Part shown: piece by piece, positions 59,987-64,000 of the stretch
Layout of the letters: each line of letters opens with the position of its first letter
How positions within the stretch are numbered: position 1 is the stretch's first letter
Assembly: GCA_964187785.1 (NCBI GenBank)
Contig: OZ076414.1
Location: 52,018,001 to 52,082,000, forward strand
Length of the DNA stretch: 64,000 nucleotides
Direction: 5' to 3'
Origin: Amphiscolops sp. MND2022
Lineage: Eukaryota
The notes under the pieces: generated by a model
Seen by the model: only the letters and a program-made list of their open reading frames with translations
Told to the model about the DNA's origin: nothing
The model's database searches: none
Made by a program: the position numbers and the translations under genes

Positions 59987-61551
59987 TTTAAAATGTGGTT
60001 TTGTCAATTTTAAAGTTCCAACCTGTTCATCGTGTATCTGTTGCAGTATCTCAATAATGACTTTAAGTTTGAGTTTGATAACGACGTCTGAGCTCATTCG
60101 TTCTGATTTGATTTTGTTTTTTATCGAACAATAAACGAATATTGGACCTCACGTTTTTTTTCTCCTGAAAACCTTTTCCATTTGTACTCTGGGGATCCAA
60201 ATAAAATGAGAGTCCCCTTACTGAAGTTTCAATACACATGGGCAGTTTTTTGCGAAAATAGCTTCGAAATACACGAAGAAGGATGACGAATTCGTCAACG
60301 AGAAGCCAGTTCTGCGTAAATTAAATCTCGCTCATCTCACATACACTCCTGTTTACCATATACCTAATTCAAGTTTTTATCAATCTCTGAACTAGTTTTT
60401 TGTTTTTTTTTTAAAAAAAAATCTCTGAATTCAAACATCCCCTTAAGAAAGACCCCTCTTAAATCTCTCAAGACACGAAAATGACCGCTCTTACTTGTAC
60501 GACCCCCCTTTTATTTGTACCCCAGATTAACTTCATTTTTTGCAACCAGCGTCAAACAACAGCGACTCTGACATTGTAAAATTTACTGCACTCAACTATA
60601 ATCAACTTGGGAATTTGCCTTATCAACTAAATCCTCTTCCGATTAAATCGCTTTGTTTTCTCATTGTATTGCCCTTGAATAATTCAATAATTGAATAACT
60701 TTAGCGTATTTATTCCGTCCTTGACAAAATTTGTTCGAAGGGGCTGATGTGTAACAACTTTTCCTCTAGAAGATTCTATTGGCTGAGCCGAGGGCGTTTT
60801 GCAGACTTAACTGTGGTCCAATGGACTTCATAGAAACTGAGTTTTTGATCTTTTTATAGCAAATGACGGAACTAAGAACTATCACGCCCATTGGGATGTT
60901 GCCCAAAATCGTTTATTGCTAATGTTTCAACGTTTTGTGGGTCATTTGTTTGACCTCCTATCTTGTGATGTTATGAAAGCGCACTGACTTTCTCAGCGGG
61001 TTGCGATGGTTGGCTGCTTATACGGAGGAGGGTCAACACTTTTGTAACACTTGGGCGCTTTTGCGAATTTTGTTCCATGCTCTTGGGGAGAATAATATTG
61101 CAGTAGTGACGTTTCTACTGATGCTGATGATGATTGAAGTTTTATGATAAAGTTAATACAAACAATTCATCTGATTTCATTTGAAATATTGAACTCTTTA
61201 TCATGAATTAAATGAACATATCCTGAAAATAGATTTATCTCTTCTTAATCTTCAGTTCTTGGTTGTCATTGATTCCAGTTGAAGGACTGACCTCTTTGCC
61301 AACAACCTTTCAATTGATCCTCGATTTTGTTTTGCAGGTTTTCATTTCTCAGTCGAATCTCACTCTTGAGCAGTTGCTTCTCATCGAGGCGGCAAAGAAA
61401 ACAACAGAAGTTCCTACGGACAGTTGCAGGTTAGATTTTTTCTGAAGTAGAAACAACCTAGAAACAATGTTCCGTTTTTGGTTATGCGCTTTCAGCGAAG
61501 CCACTCTTAAAAAGCAAAATGGTCCTTACAGCATTCAATAAAGGACTTTTC

Positions 61552-61982
61552 TAGAGATTCAATTGAACCGGATTCCGGGTTAATCCGGTTGGAAAAAAAC
61601 CGGATTCCGGATTTTCGAACAGTTAAACTTGCAGAATTTGTAGCTTTTTGTCGTGTGAACAACGTCGTGAACAAATAAATGAACTGAATAAACAACTAAA
61701 CGAACAAAATTTTCATTCATTCACGCTTGGCTGCCTTTACCTAAGACTAGTACATATACCTTAAAATGCATATACTAATGAAAACCGTTCACTCACTGGT
61801 ACGTTTCTTTTTCAGATTTCAATGAGTGGTAAACGAAGAAGCTCAATCTTTGACTATTTCACTGTGAACCAAGAAGACATCCGGTCTTTTTTCATTTGTT
61901 AAAATCCGGTACTTTTTTCCAGATTCCGGAACCGGATTTCATACTGATTCTTACCGGATTTCCGGAATCCGGCGCATCTCTA
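61552..61982 (+). mobile_element. hAT-derived non-autonomous element (431 bp)
   Basis: TIR TAGAGAT...CCGGATTCCGG / CCGGAATCCGGCGCATCTCTA; TSD GACTTTTC / GACTCTTC (7 of 8 match); CCGGAT subterminal repeats; remnant MSGKRRSSIFDYFT (BED-like start). Confidence 0.8.
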
Positions 61983-64000
61983 GACTCTTCTGGAAAGTCA
62001 AAAAGTGTGTTCAATGAATTTTTAAGTGTTGAATTGTGCTACTTTTGAAAGTCCAAAAACTTCTTGGCAATAGCTTGCCTGAACGAATGTCGATTCGTAA
62101 CTATTTTGTGGCTTGGCTTGTTCTTGTTTATTATATTTTTCCAGTTTATCTTGAGAAAATAATACGTATGCAGCAGTTTTGCTCAGCGAAGAGACCGCGC
62201 CGAGAAAACCGAACGAGCTCGGAACAATGCCGTAGTGAAGAAGAGCCGAAAATAGGCAAATGGATAGACGTTTTTTCTGAAATCCGAAATAGAAATTCTT
62301 CAGAGAGAAATTGCGCAATTAAAAGGGGAGGATATTGGACTAGATTGTGACTTGAATCTGAAACAGTAAATTCTGAAAAGATGGTGGTTCATCTTTCTTC
62401 GAGTTTTTTACTGCCTTCTAACATTTTGTCGTGTCAGTGAAAGTTTTGAAATGAAGAAGATTGCAATTGACTGCGAAGGCGAAAAGTTGCAAAGCCTCCT
62501 TGACACGAACTTCGATAAGGGAAAAGCGTAACGCCTGTCGAAACATGTCTTGGAATTATCTTGGTTTTATGACCGCCTTTTTCAAACGTTCACAGAAACT
62601 GTCGAGGACCTTTTTTTTGAATAAAAAAGTTGAAGTAAAAAATTATTTCAAGCAAAATTTTTGTTAATTATAGCTTTAGAGCTCGACTAATAGTTTATTA
62701 ATGATTAAAATAAATTGAAATTATATGCGCATGAGTTGGAGTTTCAATCTTGCCAATCGCGTATGTCTAGTACATGTGACATTCAGTTTTCGTTTTTGGA
62801 AGCTTGAAACAAAATGATTTTAATGAGGAAATCTAACTATTTGGGTAGAATCTACATTGGTCTTCGAAAGTGTTCCGAATGTCAATGAGGACACTTTGAC
62901 AAATGTACTCTTTACTTTTCTACACACTGATTAGTCAGTATATTTACACCAATTTTAATTTAAATGAAGAGCATTCCAATTTAGTTGAATTCCGAAGCGG
63001 CGTTGACAGCCAATTAAAAACGACTTGAAACAAAAACAATTCAATTCCAAAATATTCCAAAAAAAGCAAATTATATTTCAAGTGAATCTTGTGAAGAATT
63101 AACAAACTCTCGGCAGCCAATCAAAAGTTCAGCCAACTCAATCTCAATTTGAAATGAATAGAGAATCACTTTAAATGAAATTTGTAGAATGAGAACAAAC
63201 GTAGCTGTTGTCGATCGCAAAAGGATTGTTCGTCATGGATGAAGTTTTCTTTCTCGCTGCTTACTAAAAGAGTATATTCTCAGCGATTGATTCATTTAAA
63301 TTTGGAATTTAATTCATATGAACTGAAATTGTATTGCCTCGTTTTCCTTCGTTCGTTGCTAGAGCTCACTTAAAGTGATATTTTTTCACTCAATGTGGAA
63401 ATATAAAGCGACGCTATGGTTAGGATACGACTCAATTTTATTGGTCAATTCACTTGATGCGTAAACATGCTTCATTTAAAGTAAAATTGGTGTATTATTG
63501 TGTTGAACGATAGTTTTCTATTGGAACCACGTTCAACCATGTTTCATTGAATGTCTTTGAAACTTTCATTATAAAAGTGTGTTCGAGTTTCAAGTAATTT
63601 TTTGGCACTATTCATGAAAACTAATGAAATACTTTTCTCGGAGGGAAAATGTCCTGGATAGAAATTTTCTCAAAAATGCCTGTTTGTCGTAAATGACGGT
63701 TACAGTCAATGAGCATTACTTGAAAACAAAAAGAAAGATAAATGATTCAGTTTTCCAGTTGACTAATTTAGGTTGAAATTGGTTGAATCCATCCGACAGC
63801 CACTTTTAATAAGTTCAAAAGTTTTCTGATTAATCTCAACCAAGGCCAGGTTTGCAAGCAAGATGATTGATTCATTTCGTATCCTTCTGTCATATCTGAA
63901 CCAACCCACCGAAACTTAATAGACTCTGTTCATCCTTGAACTCGTCATGATATCTAATTGGGAACGCCTTCTACGGATGATTTAAGAAATAATCTATTGA

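Noticed and set aside
62000-64000. Coding gene in the last 2 kb
   Set aside because: Only short ORFs with no motifs or consistent splice chain; left unannotated.

Overview
AT-rich eukaryotic (metazoan, invertebrate-like) genomic DNA with GT-AG introns, not a prokaryotic locus. Five co-oriented housekeeping genes lie on the + strand: the 3' part of NBAS, DCTN1/p150Glued (6 exons, 1282 aa), SART3/Prp24 (2 exons, 1005 aa), EAF (3 exons, 384 aa) and CHID1 (4 exons, 394 aa). I joined the exons by hand and every join is in frame. An intact but apparently catalytically altered Tc1/IS630-type transposase ORF sits 211 bp upstream of EAF. The SART3 intron (8 kb) is filled by a ~7.1 kb satellite of ~25 monomers of ~288 bp with higher-order structure. 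The 17.4 kb third intron of CHID1 holds, antisense, a large decayed rolling-circle (Helitron/Helentron-like) element. Its parts, in transcription order, are an intact spliced SGNH-hydrolase gene, a long Cys-rich N-terminal region, a divergent HUH Rep domain, a PIF1-like helicase, a partial tandem second copy, and a GIY-YIG nuclease domain that the ORF track misses. The GIY-YIG sits where Helentrons normally carry an APE endonuclease. This Rep-Hel-GIY-YIG plus SGNH arrangement is the best candidate for something undescribed. The window also holds three families of small non-autonomous Helentron-type (HINE/DINE-1-like) elements, two hAT MITEs with target-site duplications, an internally deleted LINE and tRNA-derived fragments. 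All family assignments come from remembered motifs, not database searches.
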